DNA of 64,000 bases from the IMG/VR virus record IMGVR_UViG_3300031994_000010, positions 32,001-96,000 of that record, one strand, 5' to 3'. Positions 37,948 through 47,567 of the stretch are shown one piece after another. The notes beneath the pieces were generated by a model, which saw only the letters and a program-made list of their open reading frames with translations, did no database searches and was not told the DNA's origin. The stretch's first letter is position 1, and each line of letters opens with the position of its first letter. The stretch comes from a virus (Duplodnaviria > Caudoviricetes). The translations under genes and the position numbers were made by a program.

Positions 37948-38798
37948 AATCCTAATTCCTCTCTAGTTGGTTTAATTGGTAACTCTTTTCTTTTATAAAC
38001 AGTATTCTGGTGAAGTAACATTACTTTATCAACTCCTTGTTCGTTATAAGAATCAATAAGTCGAGTATATGCATCTCTAGCTTCTTTAGAACCAATAGCA
38101 TAAGAAGTGTAATATACTGTTTTTAACACATCATCAACTTGCTCATAGTTATCTAATCCAAACTGTTCACAATCTGAATTAGAAACACCATTACCATCTG
38201 TTGGAATTAACTTTATAGAAGCCAACAATGCTTGATATTTGTCAGATTGATTCTGTTCTTCTAATAAAAATTTAGCCAATTCGTATATTTCAGTCTTCCA
38301 AAGATAGTGTAAACCTAAGTTTATATCACAGGGACTATCACCGTGTATAGTATAAAAACCTAAATTCCACTCAGTGAAGTTATCATTATCAAGAACTACT
38401 CCTTTATGAAGTGATGCAAGATTATAAAGATACATCATTCTAAGACGAGCTTTAATATTTCCAGCTTGAATGTTATTTATAACACCCTCACACTCTTCAA
38501 ACTCATCTACAATAGAAAGATAAGTTTCATCTAAATATACAACTTTATAATTAGTACAAAAAGCCTTTCCTACTAAATCCGCAACATCACATTCAGACTG
38601 TTTATTAGTTCCTGTCGGTAAACTTCTACCTATTAAAGGAATATTAAGTTCTTTACATACCGGAGAAGCAATAGCACAGCTGACTGTGCTATCAATTCCT
38701 CCAGAAATGCCGACACAAATTGACTGTAAATGATTATTTCTTATATATTTGGATAACCATTTACGAGAATTTTCTACAAATATATTATAATTGATCAT
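37944..38798 (-). CDS. nadE: NH3-dependent NAD+ synthetase
   Basis: GISGGIDS PP-loop, GNIKARLRM, GFYTIHGD and KTEIYELA motifs. No glutaminase domain. Confidence 0.93.
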   Translation of the reverse strand: MINYNIFVENSRKWLSKYIRNNHLQSICVGISGGIDSTVSCAIASPVCKELNIPLIGRSLPTGTNKQSECDVADLVGKAFCTNYKVVYLDETYLSIVDEFEECEGVINNIQAGNIKARLRMMYLYNLASLHKGVVLDNDNFTEWNLGFYTIHGDSPCDINLGLHYLWKTEIYELAKFLLEEQNQSDKYQALLASIKLIPTDGNGVSNSDCEQFGLDNYEQVDDVLKTVYYTSYAIGSKEARDAYTRLIDSYNEQGVDKVMLLHQNTVYKRKELPIKPTREELGL

Positions 38799-38988
38799 CG
38801 TGAGTTGTAGTACTTGTTACTTTCCAATTATTTGGATTATAAGTAAACTTATCTGAGTAAATAATCTGTGGATAATAAGGATAAATATATGGCTGACATC
38901 CTTTAATATCTTTTAATAACTGAAGACTCTCCTCAAGAGTTAAATGTCCAGTTTTATAAGCATTTAAAATAATTTCTTCACTAGTCAT
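38785..38988 (-). CDS. Hypothetical protein
   Basis: 67 aa ORF overlapping both neighbours. Confidence 0.6.
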   Translation of the reverse strand: MTSEEIILNAYKTGHLTLEESLQLLKDIKGCQPYIYPYYPQIIYSDKFTYNPNNWKVTSTTTHDDQL

Positions 38989-39553
38989 AATTTTCTATTC
39001 TTCTAAAAATTTCATTTTCCGGGGAGTCGAAGTTTTCTACCCAAGTTCTAAAAAATACTTTACAATCTAAATCGGCATTAGCATAATCAAGAATTTCTAA
39101 TAAATTATTATCAATGCTATAATTACAATCATCAAATTTATCTATAAAAGCATAGAGTCTATTGCTAGATAAATATTTAATGTCTTCTTGCCAACCTCCC
39201 CAGTAAAGTTCTTCTATAGCTTTCCAATCCTTTTTTGATTTCGGACTAAAGGTTATTCCATCAATATTGGGTAATTTTTCAAGTTTTCTAAGATATAATA
39301 AACAAGCATATCCAGAAGTAAACACATAAATATTTTTAATATTTTCTCTACTTCTTAGAGCATTTACTATTTTATCAAGTTTTTCTCCAAGTAAAAATGG
39401 ATCTCCTCCAGTTAAACAAATTGTATTTACAGAAGAAAGCTCCTCCTCCGTAGGAAGAGGAACTTTTTCTATATCATAATTCTTATTACAACAAAGTGGA
39501 CAGTTATTTGTACACTTATTAGTAACAAATAGATGCATTGTATCTACTTTCAT
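38981..39553 (-). CDS. Radical SAM protein
   Basis: CTNNCPLC (CxxxCxxC) and LTGGDP motifs. Ends in TAG immediately followed by TGA. Confidence 0.85.
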   Translation of the reverse strand: MKVDTMHLFVTNKCTNNCPLCCNKNYDIEKVPLPTEEELSSVNTICLTGGDPFLLGEKLDKIVNALRSRENIKNIYVFTSGYACLLYLRKLEKLPNIDGITFSPKSKKDWKAIEELYWGGWQEDIKYLSSNRLYAFIDKFDDCNYSIDNNLLEILDYANADLDCKVFFRTWVENFDSPENEIFRRIENYD

Positions 39554-40713
39554 ATCCCTAATTGATATTTAGCAATCTCAAATTCTTTATCATCACCTAA
39601 ATGTTTTCCTAAATCATCAGAAATTTTAATACACTTTCTCCATTCCTGATTTTGGTTTATTTTACATTTAGATAGCTTCATAACAATATTAGAAGGTTTA
39701 AACCCACAGTCATTAGTAAGATTTGTACCAATGCCGGCGCTGACCCGAATCCTGCCTTTGAAGTAATTGGCAATATCAAGATACTTATTAAAATCAAGAG
39801 CATTGCTAAATACGATAGTTTTTGTCGTTGGGTCAATACCCAACTCTTGATACCGTTTAATAACCTCATTACCAATTTTATATTCATCACCAGAATCCTG
39901 TCTTACACCATCAAATAATTTTGCAAATTTTAAAGACATATTCTTAAGACCAACTTTAGAAGTATAAGTATCCATTAAGAATATTCCTAAATTTCCATCA
40001 TAAGTACGAACCCAATCTCTCATTCCGAGATAATTAGCTTCCTGATAACCCCAAATAGCCCCATGAAACATAATCCATTCATGCGGGAAGGTTCCAATAG
40101 GAGTCATATTATAGTGCATAGCAAAATATACATTAGAAGTACCAACACAATTAATTGGGCATCTATTATGTAACCGCTTTATTATACTCTCATGTACTGC
40201 TGATGAAAATCTTCTACGGGTTCCAAACTCAGAGAATTTTAATCCATTTTCTATTGCAATATTTATCTTTTTATCTAATTTAGAAAGCATTATTTGTTCA
40301 CTATAAACATTTCCTTTCCATTTATTAGTAAGTTCAGATACTATTGAAAGAATTGGAACTTCATATAAGGTTACCTTATAAAGAAAGTCAGTAACTTCGA
40401 TATGTAGATGACCATTATTGTCAATAGTAGCATATATTTTTAATGGCTCATACCTAAAATTTTCCAACCATTCCCAATAAACCTGAGGAATATAAGGAAT
40501 ATGTTCTACACACCAATAAAATTCATCAACTTTTAAATGTAATTGCATAAGTTTGTTTAACTCAAGATTTAAAGCAGTTAAAAACTCTTCGCTATAAACA
40601 GTATTATCTCTATCAGTAAAAGTAAAAGTTCCTACTGCTTCTGGATAGAGTTTCATATAAGCATATGATGTACTAAACTTATACAAATCGTTGTCTAAAA
40701 TTGAAAGTATCAT
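39550..40713 (-). CDS. pncB: Nicotinate phosphoribosyltransferase
   Basis: DNDLYK, EFGTRRRFS, GTSNV, GTFPHEW, DTY, GVRQDSGD and GIGTNLTND motifs. Confidence 0.93.
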   Translation of the reverse strand: MILSILDNDLYKFSTSYAYMKLYPEAVGTFTFTDRDNTVYSEEFLTALNLELNKLMQLHLKVDEFYWCVEHIPYIPQVYWEWLENFRYEPLKIYATIDNNGHLHIEVTDFLYKVTLYEVPILSIVSELTNKWKGNVYSEQIMLSKLDKKINIAIENGLKFSEFGTRRRFSSAVHESIIKRLHNRCPINCVGTSNVYFAMHYNMTPIGTFPHEWIMFHGAIWGYQEANYLGMRDWVRTYDGNLGIFLMDTYTSKVGLKNMSLKFAKLFDGVRQDSGDEYKIGNEVIKRYQELGIDPTTKTIVFSNALDFNKYLDIANYFKGRIRVSAGIGTNLTNDCGFKPSNIVMKLSKCKINQNQEWRKCIKISDDLGKHLGDDKEFEIAKYQLGI

Positions 40714-41198
40714 TTTAAATAATTATTAATAAGTTCTTTATGATTAAATGCCCATTCGTAAGAATTTATTTCCTTAGTAGATATCCATTTTATTTTAGAA
40801 ACTTCATCTAATTCAGAGTTTTCAAATGAAAGTACAATGTCCTCAATCCCTCTAATATAACTACAAAGTCTAAATGTAATATTTTGTCGTTTATCTGAAT
40901 TAGGATTAGAATTAACTGAAATTAAATCCCAATCATTTGGGTTAATCTCTACTCCAGTTTCTTCATACACCTCCCTAGTGGCTGCTTCTTCAATAGTTTC
41001 GTCGAAGTCTACATAACCACAGGGTAAACACCATTTATTAACAAACTCTGGATCTGGAGTTCCTTTACCTCGCTGTTCTACTAAAATGTATTCATTATTA
41101 TCTTTATCATATCCGAATACAAAAGTTACAACAGCAACAGAACGGGAAATCCAATATTCCCGTCCTGTTCTATTATCAATTATTGAAAAATTTTTCAT
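40710..41198 (-). CDS. Nudix hydrolase (possible ADP-ribose pyrophosphatase)
   Basis: Nudix box GYVDFDETIEEAATREVYEETG and C-terminal AFNH. Start taken at MKNF; the track start is 41219. Confidence 0.88.
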   Translation of the reverse strand: MKNFSIIDNRTGREYWISRSVAVVTFVFGYDKDNNEYILVEQRGKGTPDPEFVNKWCLPCGYVDFDETIEEAATREVYEETGVEINPNDWDLISVNSNPNSDKRQNITFRLCSYIRGIEDIVLSFENSELDEVSKIKWISTKEINSYEWAFNHKELINNYLK

Positions 41199-41781
41199 AT
41201 TTTGGAATATCGTTATCAATCATATATTTTCTTAAAGTACTTCCGCCATCTATAGATGCTGTTCCATCTACATAAACGGATAAATTATGCAATTTATGCC
41301 TTACCTTAACAAGTTGTTTTAAGGTTTCAAGAACACAAATGTCTCCAGCTAATCCACATACAACTACATCTTCTCTATTAGATAGAATATAACCTACATC
41401 ATCATTAGAGATGTTTAAAGAAACACAATCATAAAATTCTTCTTTTATACCATTAAATACAGCAAATTCTTCAACATAACGCTGAGTTCCTTTAACTATA
41501 TATTCTGCATATAGATTGTTTTTAGTAATTGCATCGCTAATTGGACTATAAATTCTAGCGCCATTAGTACTTGCAACACAATGTTCAGGAAATTGTCCAC
41601 CAAAGTCTTTAAAAGAACAATGATTTCCAGGATGCCAGTCTTGTGAAACTAAACAATTACCAACTTCTCCTGAATTAATGAGTTTTGCTATGTTATCAAG
41701 AGCTTTTGTACCCCCATTAACTGGAAGTTTACCTCCCTCAATAAAATCATATTGAGGATCTACAATAATTAATGTAATCAT
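41176..41781 (-). CDS. pncA: Nicotinamidase
   Basis: VDPQYDF, DWHPGNH, PEHC, KG and GLAGDICV isochorismatase-family catalytic and metal-binding residues. Confidence 0.92.
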   Translation of the reverse strand: MITLIIVDPQYDFIEGGKLPVNGGTKALDNIAKLINSGEVGNCLVSQDWHPGNHCSFKDFGGQFPEHCVASTNGARIYSPISDAITKNNLYAEYIVKGTQRYVEEFAVFNGIKEEFYDCVSLNISNDDVGYILSNREDVVVCGLAGDICVLETLKQLVKVRHKLHNLSVYVDGTASIDGGSTLRKYMIDNDIPKYEKFFNN

Positions 41782-42470
41782 ACTTCTAAATATAAAGGTT
41801 CAAATACTTTATTATATTGCTCATTTAATAATGACACACAAGCAGTCTGTGTCCCTGTATAATCTATCAGATTATGGTCACAAGTGTGAAGATGTCCAAA
41901 GAAATGGTATTTAGGATGTTTACTTTTTAATACTTCAGCTAATTCTGGATTACCAATATGAGAACCATCTGCCCACCACACTGATTCATCAAGAACTACA
42001 TCACTTCTACCATAAGCAGCATCATGAGTAATTAGAAAATCTAAATTATCCGGAATCTTCTCGAATTGTGTAAGTTCATACTCTGGGCTTTCCATAAATG
42101 CCCAATTTCCAAATATATGACAAAGTGGAGAGCCCCATATTGTATATATTTTACCAGATTCTTCATCTAAATATTCAGCACCTTCATTATAAAGAATAGT
42201 AATTCTAGTTCCAAGTAGAGCTTCTTTGACTTCTTTTTCTAATTTTTCCAAAATAAAATCGTGATTCCCTCCAACCATATATATTTGGTCAGCAGACTGA
42301 GACTGACACCAAGGTATAAAGAATTTCTTAAACCAACTAAATGACTGAGGAATATTTCTTTGCATACGAAGTGGAACAATATCTCCACATATAAATAAAA
42401 TATCCACAGGCTCTATGGATAAATTTTCAAATTGCCCATGGATATCACTCATTGCACAAATTTTAATCAT
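41778..42470 (-). CDS. Calcineurin-like metallophosphoesterase
   Basis: SDIHG, CGD, GNHD, TH and GHLH motifs. Confidence 0.88.
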   Translation of the reverse strand: MIKICAMSDIHGQFENLSIEPVDILFICGDIVPLRMQRNIPQSFSWFKKFFIPWCQSQSADQIYMVGGNHDFILEKLEKEVKEALLGTRITILYNEGAEYLDEESGKIYTIWGSPLCHIFGNWAFMESPEYELTQFEKIPDNLDFLITHDAAYGRSDVVLDESVWWADGSHIGNPELAEVLKSKHPKYHFFGHLHTCDHNLIDYTGTQTACVSLLNEQYNKVFEPLYLEV

Positions 42471-42705
42471 AATCTACAGTATATTTAGGTAAATTTGTAA
42501 TATAACAACATTTTTTATATTTTTTACCACTACCGCAAGGACAAAGGTCATTCATTCCTATTTTAGGAGATATTCTTCTCCAAGGAGTAGTAGCTGCTTT
42601 TATAGCATGCTGTCCTTCTGGACTATCTATATATTTGTGAAGAGCTTCAGCTTGTTCTTGTTGAATTTCTTCTTCACTCTTTAAAGGGATTTTTGATATT
42701 TGCAT
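42463..42705 (-). CDS. SEC-C motif protein
   Basis: [20 protein letters not shown]. Confidence 0.85.
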   Translation of the reverse strand: MQISKIPLKSEEEIQQEQAEALHKYIDSPEGQHAIKAATTPWRRISPKIGMNDLCPCGSGKKYKKCCYITNLPKYTVDYD

Positions 42706-43276
42706 AATCGATTCTCTTTAATATATCATTCCAACTAATTGGAGTGTAATGATTATTATCTACTCCTACATCATATTGATTTAACATTCCATATTGCATA
42801 AATCTATCAATATCTGGTCCTGAACTAAAGGGACCAGAATGAATATGTCCAAATAACTGGATAGATTTATCAGTTTTATATGTACCACTAAAACAAAGGA
42901 AAGGAAAATGATTTAAAAATACAGTAATATCATCTATATTAAGAGTAAGTTGTTGACAAGTATAGTCGAACAACTTATCACAGATAGATTGTTGAAGTTT
43001 TCTATCATGATTTCCTTTTATAAGAATGATATGACCATTTAATTGGGATACATATTTAATTAAATTAGTATTCCCTCCAAAAATTACATCTCCTAAATGA
43101 AATACTGTATCATCCTTTCCAACTACTGAGTTCCAGTTATCAATAAGTCCTTGATTCATTTCTTCTACTGAAGAAAATGGTCTTTTACAGTATTTAAGGA
43201 TGTTTTTATGGTCAAAATGCGAATCAGATGTGAAGAAAAGATGCTCAGCTTCTTCTTTAGTGTACTTTACTTTCAT
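42674..43276 (-). CDS. Calcineurin-like metallophosphoesterase
   Basis: TSDSHF, HLGD, GNHD, GHIH and DVGVD motifs. Confidence 0.88.
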   Translation of the reverse strand: MKVKYTKEEAEHLFFTSDSHFDHKNILKYCKRPFSSVEEMNQGLIDNWNSVVGKDDTVFHLGDVIFGGNTNLIKYVSQLNGHIILIKGNHDRKLQQSICDKLFDYTCQQLTLNIDDITVFLNHFPFLCFSGTYKTDKSIQLFGHIHSGPFSSGPDIDRFMQYGMLNQYDVGVDNNHYTPISWNDILKRIDYANIKNPFKE

Positions 43277-43368
43277 TGTCTCTTTTTAATATCTTTTAAT
43301 AAATCTATTATAGTATCTAGTCTATTGACTACTTTAATCATAAATTGACGTTCTTCTATTGTTACCAT
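43273..43368 (-). CDS. Very small hypothetical protein (31 aa)
   Basis: Fills the gap with overlaps at both ends. Confidence 0.4.
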   Translation of the reverse strand: MVTIEERQFMIKVVNRLDTIIDLLKDIKKRQ

Positions 43369-43604
43369 GAATCTACATCGGTTAAGTCAATCCATTCATT
43401 AGTTTTCCAAATCTTAACTTTAAATCCAATTCCTAACCCTCCTGAAAAATAAAAACAATAGTCCATACTTCCATATTGTTCATAAAGTTTATCTACTTGT
43501 TTTTGTTGCTGTTCAGTGAGAGCAAACATGAGAGTAGGGGGAAATTTCATTATTACATGTTTGGTAGTATCTACCAATTTCCACTTAGTTAGCCACTTCC
43601 ACAT
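43362..43604 (-). CDS. Hypothetical protein
   Basis: Track ORF; start uncertain (43604 or 43634). Confidence 0.6.
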   Translation of the reverse strand: MWKWLTKWKLVDTTKHVIMKFPPTLMFALTEQQQKQVDKLYEQYGSMDYCFYFSGGLGIGFKVKIWKTNEWIDLTDVDSW

Positions 43605-44526
43605 TTTCCGTACATAATTCATTCCAAATTCCATATTTATCAGCTTCTTTTGCCATTAAACCTGTTAATTCTACCATATTAGGATGCGGAGCACCTGTTT
43701 TTCCAAAGTATCTCAAATCGAAGAAATGCCTCCAGTCTGACGCATATGCTGTATGAATTATTTCAGTAGCAGTACATAAAGGAAGAACTTCTCTTGCTTG
43801 TTGAGGCTGCCATCCCTTACTTATAAGATTCATATAATGATGTTCTGCAACATCTAAGGAATCTAACCATACGTTTAATTCTTCGGCCTGCTCTTTTGTA
43901 AAATAATCACCTGGTCTAACAGAAATCATAACTTCAAAATTTGGATCATTTTCTGGTTGTATTCTATAGTTTATTCCATCATACCAATAGGCATCACCTT
44001 CAGGTATGTTTAACCAACTAGGAATACAGAAAGTTACTTCTTTACCAAACTTATCCTTACTATAATTACAGTATCTAGTCGATTGCTCTGCGATACTATT
44101 TACGCGATGACGATTAAGTTCTCTAGTAACTCCAATAGATGTAACCACTCTAAAAGTATATCTCCTTTTGTGATATTCAGTTGGTTCACAGATATATTTT
44201 AAGTCTTTATCCCAATTATGTTCTTTGATAACACGTAAATTTGTAGTAATATATCTAAATCTTCTTATTTTAGAATACGGATTTAATAAATATTTGAAGA
44301 ATTTAAGTATATGCCACCATTTAATTATTAAATATACAGTACCATGCTCAAGCATAGCAAGATGATTTGACTTAATCATTCTATCAACAAATGGTTTAGC
44401 ACTATCTTCTGTTATTTTATCCGTAGATTTGTAGCAAGTCCTGCCTGCTAGCTCAATTTGTTTATAAACTCCTTCTAAGCCAGGCTGCTGTAGAAGGAGT
44501 TCTGCTTTTGGTTTAATTAGTTTCAT
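43585..44526 (-). CDS. thyX: Flavin-dependent thymidylate synthase
   Basis: RELNRHRVNSIAEQSTRY signature, H..MLEH and AREVLP. Confidence 0.92.
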   Translation of the reverse strand: MKLIKPKAELLLQQPGLEGVYKQIELAGRTCYKSTDKITEDSAKPFVDRMIKSNHLAMLEHGTVYLIIKWWHILKFFKYLLNPYSKIRRFRYITTNLRVIKEHNWDKDLKYICEPTEYHKRRYTFRVVTSIGVTRELNRHRVNSIAEQSTRYCNYSKDKFGKEVTFCIPSWLNIPEGDAYWYDGINYRIQPENDPNFEVMISVRPGDYFTKEQAEELNVWLDSLDVAEHHYMNLISKGWQPQQAREVLPLCTATEIIHTAYASDWRHFFDLRYFGKTGAPHPNMVELTGLMAKEADKYGIWNELCTENVEVAN

Positions 44527-44821
44527 CTTCTAACTTTATTTTTAATCCCCCTAATACAAAACTTCCACTGACTGTATATAGTTTATCAGTAGAAGATTTC
44601 CAAGTTATCAAAAAATTTAGTTCCCAACCATTGGTCTCCATAAAATCTTCTTCTTCCCAACCTCTTTCTTCTAAAACTTTTCTTAATAAAGAGTAAGGAA
44701 CAAAATCTCCAAAATTAAATCCAATTAGTTTATTATTTTCCAAATCTGCTATAACGTTCATTACACCACACCAAGTATAATGCTTTCCATTATGCAAATC
44801 TGTTTCTATAAATTTATTCAT
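44513..44821 (-). CDS. Hypothetical protein
   Basis: Track ORF; likely start MNKF. Confidence 0.65.
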   Translation of the reverse strand: MNKFIETDLHNGKHYTWCGVMNVIADLENNKLIGFNFGDFVPYSLLRKVLEERGWEEEDFMETNGWELNFLITWKSSTDKLYTVSGSFVLGGLKIKLEDETN

Positions 44822-45245
44822 GTATATTTTCTTTAACTGTTTCTGCAATAAGTTTACCGTCTGCTGTTGGATAAATTTCTTTAATAGATTTAATTACTTT
44901 ACCCATTTCTTTCTGAATAAATCCATTAGGATATAACCCATAAATAGTATTTTGAATATCTTCTTTAGAAATCTCTGGAGGAAGTAACTCTTTAAGATAT
45001 TTATTTTGTTCTCTATACATATCTGCTAACTCTTTTCTAGAATTAGCGTCATACATAGCTATTGATTCTTCTCTTTGAGAAATTAATTTTCTGATAATTT
45101 TTATTTCTGTAGCTTCATCAATAGTAGATGGAGCATTTTTACCTGTAGCAATTAAAAGTAACTCTGATTTGATTGCTCTATAAGCCTCTTTCTTAGCACC
45201 ATTCTTCTCTAGAATAGCTTCTTTAATCAACTTGTCTATATCCAT
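44814..45245 (-). CDS. GatB/YqeY domain protein
   Basis: RESIAMY...R.EL...LP and KEMGKVIK...ADGKLIAETVK pattern. Confidence 0.85.
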   Translation of the reverse strand: MDIDKLIKEAILEKNGAKKEAYRAIKSELLLIATGKNAPSTIDEATEIKIIRKLISQREESIAMYDANSRKELADMYREQNKYLKELLPPEISKEDIQNTIYGLYPNGFIQKEMGKVIKSIKEIYPTADGKLIAETVKENIHE

Positions 45246-45504
45246 CTCTAAACAAATTAAATATTTTTAATTTAGATTCATCATCTTCATAAATTACATT
45301 ATCAGTTTCTGTTATAAGCATTGGTTTAATACCATATGCCATGCCATCATCTTCAAAAGTCATAGGATAAGAATCAAGTAATTCTAAATTTTCTATTATA
45401 AATTCTCCAGGAGTATTTTCTATAAACCCTAGTTTATGAAGAATTTCTCGTAAAGTTAGCGCATTAATTGGCCAACCTTGAAAATCAATTCCTATTTGTT
45501 TCAT
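45223..45504 (-). CDS. Hypothetical protein
   Basis: Track ORF coupled to its neighbours. Confidence 0.65.
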   Translation of the reverse strand: MKQIGIDFQGWPINALTLREILHKLGFIENTPGEFIIENLELLDSYPMTFEDDGMAYGIKPMLITETDNVIYEDDESKLKIFNLFRDGYRQVD

Positions 45505-45680
45505 TTTTCTATAATTTCAATAGATTCAATATCTACTTGATCGGTAGTATCATAATCACTGTATTCTAAATTACCATAACCTGATTCTACTAATTCCTGT
45601 GCTTCTTCTTCAGAATCAGCTTCTACTGTGTAGCAGCAATTATACCAATACAATTCATGTGTTCTTACTCTGTACTTCAT
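45501..45680 (-). CDS. Small acidic hypothetical protein (59 aa)
   Basis: Hand-translated; VEADSEEEAQE motif; ATGA overlap. Confidence 0.6.
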   Translation of the reverse strand: MKYRVRTHELYWYNCCYTVEADSEEEAQELVESGYGNLEYSDYDTTDQVDIESIEIIEK

Positions 45681-45945
45681 AGTTTTCTTTAATATATTTT
45701 ATAAGAGAGTCTAAATCTTCTTTATTAAACTCTATATAATCAGGATCTTTATCTAAAGCAAGCCAGAGATAATTTAAAATAGCATTTTCAATAGATTCAT
45801 CTTTTATGTCATTAAGTGATAATTCATCAAGTAAATCATCAACATCTACTTCCCAAGTACCTTCTCCTTTTAAATACCAAATTGAATAAGTACGAAGAAA
45901 ATATTCCTGATTTTCCTTATATTTAAAATTTAACTCAAATATCAT
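45655..45945 (-). CDS. Hypothetical acidic protein
   Basis: Track ORF; start taken at the ATGA overlap. Confidence 0.65.
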   Translation of the reverse strand: MIFELNFKYKENQEYFLRTYSIWYLKGEGTWEVDVDDLLDELSLNDIKDESIENAILNYLWLALDKDPDYIEFNKEDLDSLIKYIKENYEVQSKNT

Positions 45946-46562
45946 AAACAATATAATAAAGTTGGATTATTTCTATGAACATCTATATCTGGATATTTCT
46001 CCTTAAATTGTTGAAGATTAAAAGGAATTGTTATTAAATGATAACCATTTTTAGTTGGTATATCTGCAATTATTTTAGTATCAAAGAATACGTTAATTGG
46101 GTCTATTTTAGGATCACATTTAAAGTCAATAAAGTCAGCAATAGCTCCCCAAGCAGGTTCTAAATTAGGATCATCAACATTATGGTCAATATCAACAACC
46201 CATCTAGGTTCTTCTCCTTTTATTTCTCCAGCACAAGTATTCCAAGATTTCCAAATTTTCTTAAAATCACCTTCATAAGCTCTTTGTGCAATATACTTAA
46301 TTTGAAGCATTGTAGTCTTCTTAATAGATTTCGGAGCAAGATTGATATATGCTCTTGCTCCAAATAATTTACACAAGTCTTTTATTTCTTGTTCAACATA
46401 ATCCAAACTTTCTAAACTACAAATAAAATATGATTTAAATGTTTTATTTGCAGCAGCAAGGTCTGGATGGTCTTTGCCTCTTCTTATGATTTGTAAATGA
46501 TAATAAATATCATCATTAGGAAATTTAAGAAGAGATTTTATTAGTTCAAAATTGTCAATCAT
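45942..46562 (-). CDS. Conserved phage protein with AEP/primase-polymerase-like motifs
   Basis: WVVDID and TKNGYHL resemble AEP motifs I and II; function not certain. Confidence 0.6.
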   Translation of the reverse strand: MIDNFELIKSLLKFPNDDIYYHLQIIRRGKDHPDLAAANKTFKSYFICSLESLDYVEQEIKDLCKLFGARAYINLAPKSIKKTTMLQIKYIAQRAYEGDFKKIWKSWNTCAGEIKGEEPRWVVDIDHNVDDPNLEPAWGAIADFIDFKCDPKIDPINVFFDTKIIADIPTKNGYHLITIPFNLQQFKEKYPDIDVHRNNPTLLYCL

Positions 46563-46768
46563 ACTAATTTAATAGTTGTTCCGTTCCAATAAAACTCATT
46601 TTCATTAACTTTAAAATTATGTAAATGATTTTCTAACATTTCAATAAAATCTTCTTCAAGGTCATTTTTAATTAACATAAGACATCCACCTATAGGTTTC
46701 TTTTGAATACATCTCCAGTTAATCATTAATTCTTTTAAATATTGAAGATAAACATTATCATCTATCAT
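46559..46768 (-). CDS. Hypothetical protein
   Basis: Track ORF. Confidence 0.6.
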   Translation of the reverse strand: MIDDNVYLQYLKELMINWRCIQKKPIGGCLMLIKNDLEEDFIEMLENHLHNFKVNENEFYWNGTTIKLV

Positions 46769-47084
46769 AATGTTCTTTTATTTTGCTATGTATAAATTCA
46801 AATAACCCTTCACTTATTTGATACTCTACAATACCTTCATCAGTATTTACAAAAGCAAAACAGTCTACATCATCTTCTTCGTATTCATGAAATACATTCT
46901 CTCTTATAAACTGGTCTAAGGCATTTTCAAGTTCTTCCTCAGTAGGATTATTTTCTTCTAGATAATCCCATAAATCATCCTCGTAAGTCCAGTCCCAAAG
47001 CTTATCATAAAATGCTTGTTCAGTAAGATTTAGAAATGGAATACATTGTTTACCTTCTATTATTACTAAATTATATTTATTCAT
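46758..47084 (-). CDS. Hypothetical acidic protein
   Basis: Track ORF. Confidence 0.65.
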   Translation of the reverse strand: MNKYNLVIIEGKQCIPFLNLTEQAFYDKLWDWTYEDDLWDYLEENNPTEEELENALDQFIRENVFHEYEEDDVDCFAFVNTDEGIVEYQISEGLFEFIHSKIKEHYDR

Positions 47085-47202
47085 AACTACATATTCTTAT
47101 AATACAATTACCCTGTACTTCATTTAATGCTTTATATAAATCATCATATAAATCTGAAAGTAAATCTGGATATTTTTCAATTCTTCTTACTTCTATTAGC
47201 AT
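47077..47202 (-). CDS. Small hypothetical protein (41 aa)
   Basis: Hand-translated gap-filling ORF with overlaps. Confidence 0.4.
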   Translation of the reverse strand: MLIEVRRIEKYPDLLSDLYDDLYKALNEVQGNCIIRICSYE

Positions 47203-47567
47203 ATTACACTATCCATTACTAAAGCAGTTACTACATCAAGATTCATCATTACTTGATAATAAACATCTATTTTTTGACATTCATTTAAATGTTTCTTCCA
47301 ATGTTCTTTCCAAGCTTCTATGTTATCTTCTTCTTTACCTCTTTCACTAGGAGAAGTAGTATACGGCCAAGGGCCTAAAACAATTTCGTATTCACATCTT
47401 GCCCACCATTGATACATTGATTCCTTCTTTACAAATTCTTTAAACTCATCAAATGTTTTTGGCTTATGTGCAGCTTTTTCATATTGAGAAACAAGATATG
47501 GAATTATATTGTAAGATTCAAATTTTTTACCATTAAAATCGTAAACAATTACATTAAAAATCTTCAT
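47196..47567 (-). CDS. Hypothetical phage protein
   Basis: Track ORF with YQWWARCEYEI. Confidence 0.7.
   Translation of the reverse strand: MKIFNVIVYDFNGKKFESYNIIPYLVSQYEKAAHKPKTFDEFKEFVKKESMYQWWARCEYEIVLGPWPYTTSPSERGKEEDNIEAWKEHWKKHLNECQKIDVYYQVMMNLDVVTALVMDSVIC

Noticed and set aside
39550-40713. Calling the phosphoribosyltransferase NadV/Nampt (NARP2)
   Set aside because: Size and motifs fit PncB, and the adjacent PncA and NadE only make sense for the nicotinate route.
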